Source: an uncultured virus (IMG/VR IMGVR_UViG_3300020582_000004)
Taxonomy: Duplodnaviria; Heunggongvirae; Uroviricota; Caudoviricetes
Reading direction: 5' to 3' (one strand)
Virus record (IMG/VR): IMGVR_UViG_3300020582_000004
DNA length: 64,000 nt
Shown here: piece after piece, positions 1 to 7,395 of the stretch
Layout of the letters: each line of letters begins with the position of its first letter
Position numbering within the stretch: the stretch's first letter is position 1
Translations under genes and position numbers: made by a program
The notes under the pieces: model-generated
Told to the model about the DNA's origin: nothing
The model's input: the letters and a program-made list of their open reading frames with translations, nothing else
Databases searched by the model: none

Positions 1-251
1 GGCGGATCCGGCTCGCGGATCTCGACGAACGCCACAGAAGCTCGCGTGAGCCGCGCTCCGAGGGCCACGAGGGCGCTCTCGTCCGGCGCCGCGAGAACGA
101 TGGCGTGGGTGTCGTGAGGCAGGTTTCCTGGGCTACTTTCCCCTGCGGCGTGTACCAGCATCGCGGCTTGAAGGCCGCGGTCCAGGTCCTTTCTTACGAT
201 GACGTAGTGGACGAGGACGGGGGATTCTGTGGTCTGGCGGTCAGCCGACTC
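1..251 (-). CDS. Pth2-like peptidyl-tRNA hydrolase (runs off window edge; no in-frame start codon)
   Basis: Manual translation, not in the ORF track: ...ESPVLVHYVIVRKDLDRGLQAAMLVHAAGESSPGNLPHDTHAIVLAAPDESALVALGARL...EIREPDP. The YVIVRKDL / AxxxHA / IVL / IREPD pattern matches the Pth2 family. Confidence 0.7.
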
Positions 252-281
252 ACTGTAGCAACGAGCAGGTCATGAAGAGCC

Positions 282-309
282 ATGGTAGCGACGAACTCGC
301 TCTCGTCAA
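282..309 (-). promoter_or_regulatory. sigma70-like promoter (TTGACG-N16-TACCAT)
   Basis: Near-consensus hexamers; an ATG lies 8 nt downstream at 273. Confidence 0.5.
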
Positions 310-378
310 GGGCTCGAGTTGACGGCCGCTCACCTCTTCTTGAGCAGGTGGGCCGGCTCAAGATGTGAGGTGAGGTCG

Positions 379-807
379 ATGGCCGCAATCCAAAAATACG
401 CTGGACCCGCGCTCGTCGTCAAGGTAGCTCGGATCATGGCCGCCAAACCGAGTCCTCATTACCACCGGCCACGTCGCGCTTACCGGCCTCCGGGCACTCT
501 GGCGCTCAAGGTCTCTGGGCCGTATCGCGCCGAGCACCCCCAAACGAAGCTCGTTGGAAAATGGAAGGACGCCATCGAAGACGCGATCGACGACGCTCGC
601 AAGTTTGGCATCGGGGCGTGCGTGGTCTCGAGCGAGCGCATCTTGCTTCAGCGATTCGACAATGCGATGAAATACGTGCGAATGGAGCGCGATCAGCAGG
701 GAAGAGGTGAGAAAAAGGCCGACAAGCCGGATGACGATGATGACGATGATGACGATGACGACGATCTCGACGACGAACCCGGCGACGAGCCGAGCGATCC
801 GGAGTAG
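379..807 (+). CDS. hypothetical protein with poly-Asp acidic C-terminal tail
   Basis: ORF track 319..807; ATG at 379 follows GAGGTGAGG RBS; tail PDDDDDDDDDDDLDDEPGDE. Confidence 0.6.
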   Translation: MAAIQKYAGPALVVKVARIMAAKPSPHYHRPRRAYRPPGTLALKVSGPYRAEHPQTKLVGKWKDAIEDAIDDARKFGIGACVVSSERILLQRFDNAMKYVRMERDQQGRGEKKADKPDDDDDDDDDDDDLDDEPGDEPSDPE

Positions 808-813
808 TCTTTC

Positions 814-1176
814 ATGATGACCTCTTCGAGGATCGTCGCGTCTCTTTTCGTGCTCGCTCTGCTCGCGGTTTTGACGGCTTCATGTGGTCCGAGCATTTTG
901 ACGCCGCCCACGGGTCCGGGCACTTCTTACCCCTGCGGTACTCAGGGCCAGCAGTGTAGCTCCGGCGACTGTTGCCTCGGACCCGAGTACGAGGACTGCG
1001 GCGGCGATGTGCCGAATTGCCCGGCCGGGATGTGCTGCTCGAACGGCTGCAACGCGAGCGGTGACATTTTCGCTGGCTGTGCGAAGGCGCCTGTCTCTTC
1101 TACCTCTTCAACAGAAGCGCCCAAGCCCAAGACGTACGCTTCGATGCATCCGCAGACGAAGCCGAAGTCGCAGTGA
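814..1176 (+). CDS. Cys-rich lipoprotein
   Basis: Hydrophobic N-terminus ending in lipobox-like LTASC; about 10 further Cys (CSSGDCC, CPAGMCC). Confidence 0.65.
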   Translation: MMTSSRIVASLFVLALLAVLTASCGPSILTPPTGPGTSYPCGTQGQQCSSGDCCLGPEYEDCGGDVPNCPAGMCCSNGCNASGDIFAGCAKAPVSSTSSTEAPKPKTYASMHPQTKPKSQ

Positions 1177-1236
1177 AGGCCATGAGTCTGAGTACGACAT
1201 GACGTGTACTGACGGAACCAAGGTGAAGGGACAGCC

Positions 1237-1467
1237 ATGACCAAGCACGAGATCAAGCTGCCGCGATGCTCGGAGTGTGGAGGAGCCGTGAAGCTCACCG
1301 CGAAGCCCGGCCGCACGCGCGAGTATCGGCGCGGAGTGGTGCTACCTATTCCGGACGATTTCGAAACTCCCATCTGCATCAGCTGCGGTGAGGAGTTCAT
1401 GATCCCCGAGGTCTCCGAAGAACTCGATGCCCTACTCGAGTTAGCCTTTCATAAGGAGCTTGGATAA
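1237..1467 (+). CDS. MqsA/YgiT-type zinc-finger protein (antitoxin N-terminal domain only)
   Basis: CSECGG...CISCGEEF zinc ribbon with the spacing of MqsA N-domains; no HTH follows. Confidence 0.6.
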   Translation: MTKHEIKLPRCSECGGAVKLTAKPGRTREYRRGVVLPIPDDFETPICISCGEEFMIPEVSEELDALLELAFHKELG

Positions 1468-1505
1468 AGCTCTTATTAAAGGATAAAGCCCTAAACTATA
1501 ATTAG

Positions 1506-1588
1506 CGGAAGCAGGTCGACTCGAACGACAACGCTTTCACGTCGCATCCCTTAGCAGGGGAGCCCCGCGCCTTGCAGGTTCTACTTCC
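1506..1588 (-). tRNA. tRNA-Ser(GCT), 8/4 acceptor/T-stem form
   Basis: Acceptor GGAAGTAG/CTGCTTCC, D-stem CCTGC/GCGGG, anticodon loop CTGCTAA, long variable arm, T arm GTCG-TTCGAGT-CGAC, discriminator G, no encoded CCA. Confidence 0.88.
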
Positions 1589-1592
1589 GTAG

Positions 1593-1680
1593 CGGAAGAG
1601 GGAGATCTCGATTCCCAAGCGCCTCGTCGGCGCTCGCACCGTTTTCAAGACGGGCTCGGCCCCCGGCCGATTCCTCTTCC
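1593..1680 (-). tRNA. tRNA-Ser(TGA), 8/4 form
   Basis: Perfect 8-bp acceptor GGAAGAGG/CCTCTTCC, D-stem TCGGC/GCCGA, loop CTTGAAA, V-arm AGCGCC/GGCGCT, T arm GGGA-ATCGAGA-TCTC, discriminator G. Confidence 0.88.
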
Positions 1681-1691
1681 GTGTCTTGGAT

Positions 1692-1752
1692 TTGTCATTC
1701 TAATGGCAAATAACGAAGCCAAAAGCTTCAAAACTTGTCATTAAAATAGCAA
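1692..1752. promoter_or_regulatory. pair of related imperfect 18-bp palindromes (putative operators)
   Basis: TTGTCATTCTAATGGCAA (1692-1709) and TTGTCATTAAAATAGCAA (1735-1752) in an AT-rich inter-tRNA spacer. Confidence 0.4.
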
Positions 1753-1757
1753 TCCAG

Positions 1758-1843
1758 CGGAGGGAGGAGCATCGAAGCCCAACGCCTTTGACAGCGTCGC
1801 ACTGATTTCGAGTCAGGCCTGGCGCCCTGCCAGCTCACCCTCC
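1758..1843 (-). tRNA. tRNA-Ser(CGA), 8/4 form
   Basis: Acceptor GGAGGGTG/CTCCCTCC (one mismatch), D-stem CTGGC/GCCAG, loop CTCGAAA, long V-arm, T arm GGGC-TTCGAT-GCTC, discriminator G. Confidence 0.82.
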
Positions 1844-1864
1844 AAGTCTCCTGTTCGTCGTCAG

Positions 1865-1952
1865 CGGAAAGTGGAAGTCTCGATCTCCAAACCGTTTAGA
1901 GCGGTTCGCGCTGCGTTCCAGGCAGGCTCGGCTCCCAGCCGATTCACTTTCC
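1865..1952 (-). tRNA. tRNA-Ser(GGA), 8/4 form
   Basis: Perfect 8-bp acceptor GGAAAGTG/CACTTTCC, D-stem TCGGC/GCCGA, loop CTGGAAC, V-arm AACCG/CGGTT, T arm GGAG-ATCGAGA-CTTC, discriminator G. Confidence 0.88.
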
Positions 1953-2225
1953 GTGCGTGTTTTCGTTCTTTGGTTTGAGGACGCTTCCCTCATCGAACCC
2001 TTCGATGATGACGTGAGTGAACGTTCCGTCTTCCATCCAGATGCCCATGTCCATCTTCAAGATCTCGAGTGCGCGCTCACGCGACGAAGCCCAAAACCAT
2101 GCGCGCGACTCGATGCTCGATCGAAACTTCGACCAGGCCGTCACGATGTAGATGCGTGAAGGAGGCGACGATGGCATAGGCGTGCCCGAAGGTAAATTTG
2201 GAGGAAGAGGAAGCGGTGAAGTCAT
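1944..2225 (-). CDS. hypothetical protein
   Basis: ATGA overlap with the upstream ORF; its 3' end overlaps the tRNA-Ser(GGA) 5' end by 9 nt. Confidence 0.45.
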   Translation of the reverse strand: MTSPLPLPPNLPSGTPMPSSPPSRIYIVTAWSKFRSSIESRAWFWASSRERALEILKMDMGIWMEDGTFTHVIIEGFDEGSVLKPKNENTHGK

Positions 2226-2530
2226 GGCTTCATCATCTCACTTATTTCGTGGCGACTAATGAAAGCATCTCCAGCCTGAAGCGGTTGTGGGTTTTCGCCT
2301 TTATCGTTGACGATGTGCATTGTCCCGTCTGACTCTCGCCTAAGAAATCCCATGAAGGTGAGCAGACCACTCGATGCTTTTTGCAGAGCTTTGATGGATT
2401 GACGTTTCACGGCTACGTTAGTGAGTGTCATTGCGAGGTGGGGATTTTCTGGACGAACGACCAAAATAACTTCGCCATCAGGCCAGCGCTCGACATGATT
2501 AGGAATGTTTGGAAGCTTGATCTCGCTCAT
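2222..2530 (-). CDS. hypothetical protein
   Basis: Globular composition; part of an overlapping minus-strand gene chain. Confidence 0.55.
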   Translation of the reverse strand: MSEIKLPNIPNHVERWPDGEVILVVRPENPHLAMTLTNVAVKRQSIKALQKASSGLLTFMGFLRRESDGTMHIVNDKGENPQPLQAGDAFISRHEISEMMKP

Positions 2531-2882
2531 GGCTTTTCTTTTGCCTCGAGAATCCTCAGCGCTCGCGTCTCTTTCGGCATCGCTTCAGGGTGTTTTGCTT
2601 GGTCTTCTTGAACCAAACGCAGCGCAACGGTGTACGGCGTGCCCAATGCTTCTTGAACCATACGCGCGCACGCCTTGTCGTAGCTTTTGGTCATGGCTTC
2701 GCTGGAACCTTGGGCTGCTTACGCCTTCGAACGGGCTGGTTCGAGATCACAGCCGTGGGCACGATGGTGGGCGTGCCGCCGACCGTGGGAACAGGTCTCG
2801 AGTAGATCGGGCCGATGAGCGTGGTGCCGGGACGTTTGCGAGCCATGCCTGAAGCGTACCATGGCAAAATGCAAGAGTCGAC

Positions 2883-2910
2883 TTGTATTAGATCCAATTG
2901 AGGCTATGCT
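2883..2910 (+). promoter_or_regulatory. sigma70-like promoter of the TA operon (TTGTAT-N16-TATGCT)
   Basis: Hexamers end 9 nt before the toxin ATG at 2920; no SD visible. Confidence 0.5.
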
Positions 2911-2919
2911 GAAAATAAT

Positions 2920-3198
2920 ATGACCTGGCAAGTTCGTGAGCACAAAGGCGTTCGCAAGATCATCGAGTCGGCGGCGCCTGCCGTGCGTCAAAAGTACGAT
3001 CTCTGGGTTGAAACAGTTCGAGCCGGCGGCCCTCAAGCGCTTCGAGCCACACCAGGTTTTCATGATGAGGCGCTCAAAGGAGCGGCAGCAGGCTTACGCT
3101 CATCTAGACTCAATAATCGTTATCGCGTCATCTATGAAGTGCACGGACAGCTTTTGGTCGTAGACGTCATCAAGGTTACGGGACAACACGATTACTAA
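2920..3198 (+). CDS. RelE/HigB-family mRNA interferase toxin
   Basis: 92 aa, basic; PGFHDEALKG...RSSRLNNRYRVIYEV...HDY is typical of the RelE superfamily; precedes an XRE gene. Confidence 0.8.
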   Translation: MTWQVREHKGVRKIIESAAPAVRQKYDLWVETVRAGGPQALRATPGFHDEALKGAAAGLRSSRLNNRYRVIYEVHGQLLVVDVIKVTGQHDY

Positions 3199-3214
3199 AG
3201 AAAGAGAAGTTACC

Positions 3215-3472
3215 ATGGCATCCATTCATGATCACAACACGATTCCAGCTCGTACGTCTGGAACTCTAACTCCTGGTAAAGCTGTAAAGATGCTTCGTGA
3301 GCTTCATGAAATGTCTCAATCAGAGCTGGCTCGTGCCTCGGGCCTTTCTCAGCCCATTATCAGTGCCATTGAACGTGGAACCACGAACGTCGGAATCGAA
3401 CGTGCAAAGCGACTTGCAAAAGCATTGAATGTTCATCCTTCTGCTATTGCATTTGCCGATGTGCCTTCTTAA
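3215..3472 (+). CDS. XRE/HigA-type HTH antitoxin
   Basis: LRELHEMSQSELARASGLSQPIISAIERG...AKRLAKALNV; toxin-first gene order as in higBA. Confidence 0.85.
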   Translation: MASIHDHNTIPARTSGTLTPGKAVKMLRELHEMSQSELARASGLSQPIISAIERGTTNVGIERAKRLAKALNVHPSAIAFADVPS

Positions 3473-3473
3473 G

Positions 3474-4195
3474 CATGCTTATCCGGTTGCTTCCCAATGA
3501 CCATATGTACCCACTACCCACTAGGGATTGTGGTTGCTACTTTTTCGTCGATCACACAAGCACATCTCGGCATGCCTCTAGACGTGCCGCATCTGGCATC
3601 ACGAAGTGGTGCACGATCATTTCGCAACCTGCTTCGTGAATTGCTGTGAACGATTCGATGAGTATGTCATCCGGAAAAAACTCAGCCTGTTTCTTGGCGA
3701 TGGCACGCGGGTATTCGATAAACGTCTCCTCAGCGAAACGCCACTGGAGTGGTGAGCTACACGTGATGGGCACGACCATCATCGCAGCGTTGTTACCAGC
3801 ACGCTGACAAGTAGAGCAGCGAGGTCGCTTGCCAAGCTTTCTGCGCACTAACGCGAGAACGTCGCGTTCACAACCGCCACCACTCAAGCCGGTCTCGTGA
3901 CCACATTCGAGACGATAGGTTCGGTTCAACGAGAAGAATCTAGCGCCAGTCGAGTGCGTTGACACAAACACGTCACTTGCCACGGCTACAACTAGACGAC
4001 GCGGTCCGCCGAGACCGCGTTGATACCATTGCTCTCCACGCTCCCATCGCCCGCGCATCCTAAAGCAGCCTTTCGATTCGAATGTTCGCGAAGATTCGCA
4101 TCGCAAAATGTAGCATGCCGACGACCTAGCTAGAAAGCGCTACTACAGCCCGTAGTGGCTTCCACTTGGTTGGGAGAAGGAACCGGATAAGCATG
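3474..4195. repeat. segment bounded by terminal inverted repeats
   Basis: CATGCTTATCCGGTT at 3474-3488 and its exact reverse complement at 4181-4195; imperfect similarity continues inward. Confidence 0.6.
3552..4106 (-). CDS. hypothetical protein inside the inverted-repeat cassette
   Basis: Only long ORF between the IRs; LECGH...CSTC putative Zn ligands; start uncertain. Confidence 0.5.
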   Translation of the reverse strand: MRCESSRTFESKGCFRMRGRWERGEQWYQRGLGGPRRLVVAVASDVFVSTHSTGARFFSLNRTYRLECGHETGLSGGGCERDVLALVRRKLGKRPRCSTCQRAGNNAAMMVVPITCSSPLQWRFAEETFIEYPRAIAKKQAEFFPDDILIESFTAIHEAGCEMIVHHFVMPDAARLEACRDVLV

Positions 4196-4204
4196 GTATT
4201 AATA

Positions 4205-4747
4205 CTAGTTCACGAAGTCGTAGACGAAGACCGGTGTCGAGACCGAGATGAGCTGGTCAAGAAGAGGCCCGACGCGAGCCCAGCTCCCACCTGAGAGACC
4301 AGCTCCGAGCCTCGGCGCGTGTATGCTGGCTCCAAGCTCGCGCGCGAAGTCGTCCGCGTGGCGCAGGCAGAGAGCGAGCGCGGCGTACCGAATTGGCGGC
4401 CTCCGCTCTTCCTTGCCGCTGTAGTCGGCTCCGAGGCCATCTTGTGCGATCATGTTCAAGACGAAGATATCAGGCGTGACTTGAACGAGCTGCGACTCGC
4501 CGAGAGAAAAGTCGCCCGTCATCCGAAGAATGCCTTTTGGGTTGGGCTCGACCTGTGCTGGTTTTCGAACATGATGCCAGCCTCGATAGCAGCGCTCTGG
4601 TTCGGCCCAGCGGCGCGACACGGAGACCACGAAGCCGCGTCCCCAGGCGCCCACGGTGTTGCAAATATGGATGATGAGCTTCGGATCTGCGCCTTGAGGC
4701 TTTGTGGCGTCGCCTTGAAGGTACATGATTCGAGACCGAAGCGTCAT
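4205..4747 (-). CDS. macrodomain (ADP-ribose processing) protein
   Basis: YLQGDAT...IIHICNTVGAWGRGF...NMIAQ...IHAPRLGAGLSGGSW signature. Confidence 0.88.
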   Translation of the reverse strand: MTLRSRIMYLQGDATKPQGADPKLIIHICNTVGAWGRGFVVSVSRRWAEPERCYRGWHHVRKPAQVEPNPKGILRMTGDFSLGESQLVQVTPDIFVLNMIAQDGLGADYSGKEERRPPIRYAALALCLRHADDFARELGASIHAPRLGAGLSGGSWARVGPLLDQLISVSTPVFVYDFVN

Positions 4748-4750
4748 GAT

Positions 4751-4996
4751 TCACTTCTTGCGGCGCTCTTGCCAAAGCGTGACGGCTTTCTTCATTAGCT
4801 TTTTGGCAGTCTCGGGCGTGTATTCGCCAGCCTGGTAAATGGTGCGCTTGTCTAGCTCCGACTCGCGCTTGGCCGCCGTCTCGGCTTCCTCCATGCTCGA
4901 GAACTCCCACGTTCGGATGCGACCGTTTTGGCCGTCGCAGGCAAGCCAGCCGCTGTCAATGGGAGGCTCGAAGTACCAGATAGCGAAAGTGCTCAT
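4751..4996 (-). CDS. hypothetical protein
   Basis: C-terminal part of track ORF 4751..5434, starting MSTFAIWYF; fits the gap between neighbours. Confidence 0.5.
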   Translation of the reverse strand: MSTFAIWYFEPPIDSGWLACDGQNGRIRTWEFSSMEEAETAAKRESELDKRTIYQAGEYTPETAKKLMKKAVTLWQERRKK

Positions 4997-5006
4997 CGCG
5001 AAGAGG

Positions 5007-5438
5007 TCACCAATCACCGTATGCATAGTGCGCACTCGACGCATAGTAAATGCCGACGTAGCCGCAGCCCTTGGGACAGGGTTTTTCTTTCGTGAAGAAG
5101 CCGCGCGGCCAGCGCTTGCGAATTTCATTCGTGCGCGGGTTACCCAACTCGACATCGGTTGACGGCGCCCAGTTGCCGAGAATCTTTTTAGCTTCTTCTT
5201 CGTCGAACGTGACGCCGTGATCGCAGTGCTTTTGCACCTCGTCGGCGATGGCCTTGAGCCTGTCGTCCTTGATTGCTGACTTGGTGCTGGACTCCAGCTC
5301 TTCGATGCGCTTCGCGTTCTCCGCGAGGCCGCGCTGATAGCCAAGATTATAGTCGTGGGTGCGAACCTCTCCGCCGTCTTTGCACTCGGAACAAGATGCA
5401 TTGGACGTCGGCGTTTGGCACTTGATGCAAACACTCAT
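5007..5438 (-). CDS. hypothetical zinc-binding protein
   Basis: CIKC...CSEC and CPKGCG motifs; ATGA-type coupling. Confidence 0.55.
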   Translation of the reverse strand: MSVCIKCQTPTSNASCSECKDGGEVRTHDYNLGYQRGLAENAKRIEELESSTKSAIKDDRLKAIADEVQKHCDHGVTFDEEEAKKILGNWAPSTDVELGNPRTNEIRKRWPRGFFTKEKPCPKGCGYVGIYYASSAHYAYGDW

Positions 5439-5755
5439 GCTGAAGCTCCCATCTCGATTTTGACTCCGAGCCCAACGCTCTCGAGGAAGTCAGTTACGTC
5501 GCCCTCGAAGATGCTCGAGAGCATCTCGGCAATGTCTTGTCGATGAAGCTCGTTGGCCTTTCGTATCACGTCGGTGAATCTTCCGTGAGTGACTTGCGCG
5601 AGAAACATGTGCCGAGACCAAAAGAGATTGAAGACTTCTGAATCGCGCTCGGTACGGGCCACGACGAAGAAGCTCGTCGGACCGCCGAAGGCTTCGAATC
5701 GGTCGAGCCGACCATCGCGATTAGAGAACACGAGCGTCTTGATTTTGATTTCCAT
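5435..5755 (-). CDS. hypothetical protein immediately downstream of the pentamer array
   Basis: ATG at the array edge; overlaps the next gene. Confidence 0.55.
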   Translation of the reverse strand: MEIKIKTLVFSNRDGRLDRFEAFGGPTSFFVVARTERDSEVFNLFWSRHMFLAQVTHGRFTDVIRKANELHRQDIAEMLSSIFEGDVTDFLESVGLGVKIEMGASA

Positions 5756-5775
5756 GATCCACCCCTTCCATTGCC

Positions 5776-6800
5776 ATTTTCCGGCCGCTCCTCTTGACTC
5801 CTATCCATTACGTTCCCCGCCTATCCCATCCATTCCTTTTTCCGGCCACTCCGGTCCATTCCTGTCCGTTCAATTCGGATCCGGTCCGTTCCATTCCGTT
5901 TTACGGCCAATCCGATCCGGTCCATTCCTTTACTCTACGTTCCCATCCCGTCCTTTCCATTTTCCGGCCCATCCCCTCCATTCCGGCCCTGTCCGCAACC
6001 ATCCGCTCCCGTCCTTTCCATTTTCCGGCCCATCCCCTCCTGTCCTTTACGTTCCTGTCCCCACCGTTCCTGTCCGGTCGGTTCCGCTACGTTCCAATCC
6101 AATTCCAGTTTCCGGCCGGTCCAATCCCGTACCCTACGTTCCAGTCCACTTTTCTCCTCTCCACTTTCCGGCCAGTCCTGTCCATTCCGGTCCAATCGCT
6201 CCGTTCCGCTGCCATCCCTTGCTCTCGCCTCCGTTCCTGTCCTTTCCTTTTCCGGCCGCTCCCCTTCACTCCCTTCACATCCGCGCCATTCCGCTTCCTT
6301 TATTCCGGCCAATCCAGTTCGTTCCGCGTCGCTCCTGTGCGCTCCAATCCCTTACTCCGGCCCCTCCGCTCCCGTCGCGTCCCTTCCGATCGCTTCCGAT
6401 ACGGTCCATTTTCCGGCCGCTCCGTTCCGCTGCCATCCCTTGCTCTCGCCTCCGTTCCTTTCAGCCGGCCAGTACGATCCGGTCCTCGCCATTCCTGTGC
6501 GCTCCTATCCACTACGCTCCATTTTCCGGCCTATCCCATCCAATCCCATCCTTTGCTCTCGAATCCCATCCGTTCCCCTTTGCCGGCCGCTCCGGTCCGT
6601 TCGTTTCACTTCAATTCCGGTACTCTCCACTTTCCGGCCCGTACTCTCCTATCCAGTCCATATTCGCTACTTTCCATTTACCGGCCGGTCCGATCCCTTC
6701 CAGTCCACTAAATTCCAATCCATTCCGTTTTCCGGCCACTCCCGTCCGGTCCATTACGCTCCTGTCCATTCCTGTCCGTTACGCTCTATTATGCTTTGCT
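5776..6800 (-). ncRNA. putative guide-RNA array: GGCCGG(AAA)-delimited units of (GGA-NN)n pentamers
   Basis: 17 delimiters on the + strand, CCGGCC usually preceded by TTT, at 5781, 5842, 5903 (ACGGCC), 5964, 6025, 6112, 6168, 6252, 6305, 6357, 6413, 6465, 6526, 6583, 6634, 6681, 6732. Between them lie 7-15 NNTCC pentamers. The repeat structure is directly visible; the RNA function is inferred. Confidence 0.75.
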
Positions 6801-6810
6801 CGATTAGCGA

Positions 6811-7395
6811 TTACTCTGCTGCGTCAGTCACCCGCAACGAAGCATCGAATCGAATGAGAGCGCGTTTCACGTCAGAAAGAAGATCAGCGAGCGCGCTGTT
6901 CTCTTCACTGTGAGGATGGCTAATTGCGGCAAGCTGCGCCTCGGTTGCGCCTACCCAGGACCGAAGGTACTGCGCTCTGATGCGTGCGAGGGCCACACGT
7001 TCTTCCTTCGTTTTTCGAATCTCGGTGAGCGGGCGTCTACTGGCGCCGTGGGTTTTGCTTCTCGTAAAAACGAGGGCTCTCGTTTCGACTCGAATGGTAC
7101 GCCCTGGTTCACGTGTCACGGTAACCGACACGCGAACTTCGTTCATGAGACGGCCAATCTGGCTAATCCAGTATTGGCGCGCCGCTTTCTTGACGTTAGC
7201 TTCAAGATACTGCCTGAATGGGTGCGACTCATCGGCAAGCACTGCGTCGAGCACCGATTCCGGTGTCAAAACAGTGCGCCAGTCTGCACCACCGGCCATA
7301 TCCGTAAAGATGGCCCAGGCTTCTTGAAGTTGTTCTTTGGTGTACGAACCGCGCGGAGAAAACTTCATGCGCGGATGTTTATGTTTCGTCTTCAC
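6811..7395 (-). CDS. accessory protein coupled to the RAMP-like gene
   Basis: GTGA overlap with the RAMP-like stop; LTPESVLD...HPFRQYLE...KKAARQYW...RLMNEVRV motif; basic. Confidence 0.75.
   Translation of the reverse strand: MKTKHKHPRMKFSPRGSYTKEQLQEAWAIFTDMAGGADWRTVLTPESVLDAVLADESHPFRQYLEANVKKAARQYWISQIGRLMNEVRVSVTVTREPGRTIRVETRALVFTRSKTHGASRRPLTEIRKTKEERVALARIRAQYLRSWVGATEAQLAAISHPHSEENSALADLLSDVKRALIRFDASLRVTDAAE

Noticed and set aside
730..775. (GAT/GAC)n repeat as a non-coding microsatellite
   Set aside because: It is in frame and mixes synonymous codons, so it is simply a poly-Asp tail.
1593..1680. tRNA-Sec or opal suppressor
   Set aside because: The anticodon is TGA (reads UCA, Ser), not TCA. 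The long D-stem and 8-bp acceptor are Sec-like, but the T-stem is 4 bp and all four anticodons are Ser.
3474..4195. Autonomous IS element
   Set aside because: The enclosed ORF shows no DDE, HUH or serine-recombinase motif and no target-site duplication is evident; kept only as an IR-bounded cassette.
5776..6800. Classical CRISPR array
   Set aside because: The constant delimiter is only about 6-9 nt, not 23-47 nt. The 'spacers' are themselves periodic (3 of every 5 nt fixed), and no cas1/cas2 is present.
5776..6800. Simple (GGAAT)n-like satellite or telomeric repeat
   Set aside because: The dinucleotide varies freely, units are punctuated by a distinct delimiter, and the array is attached to a RAMP-like operon.
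5589..6857. Long ORFs across the array (5589..6857 +, 5794..6711 +, 5935..6312 -, 6087..6278 -, 6300..6512 -, 6440..6913 +)
   Set aside because: They are Pro/Ser/Arg or Gly/Arg/Glu low-complexity translations open in several frames. A 5-nt period with unit lengths not divisible by three argues against coding; the ORFs are by-products of a stop-poor repeat.
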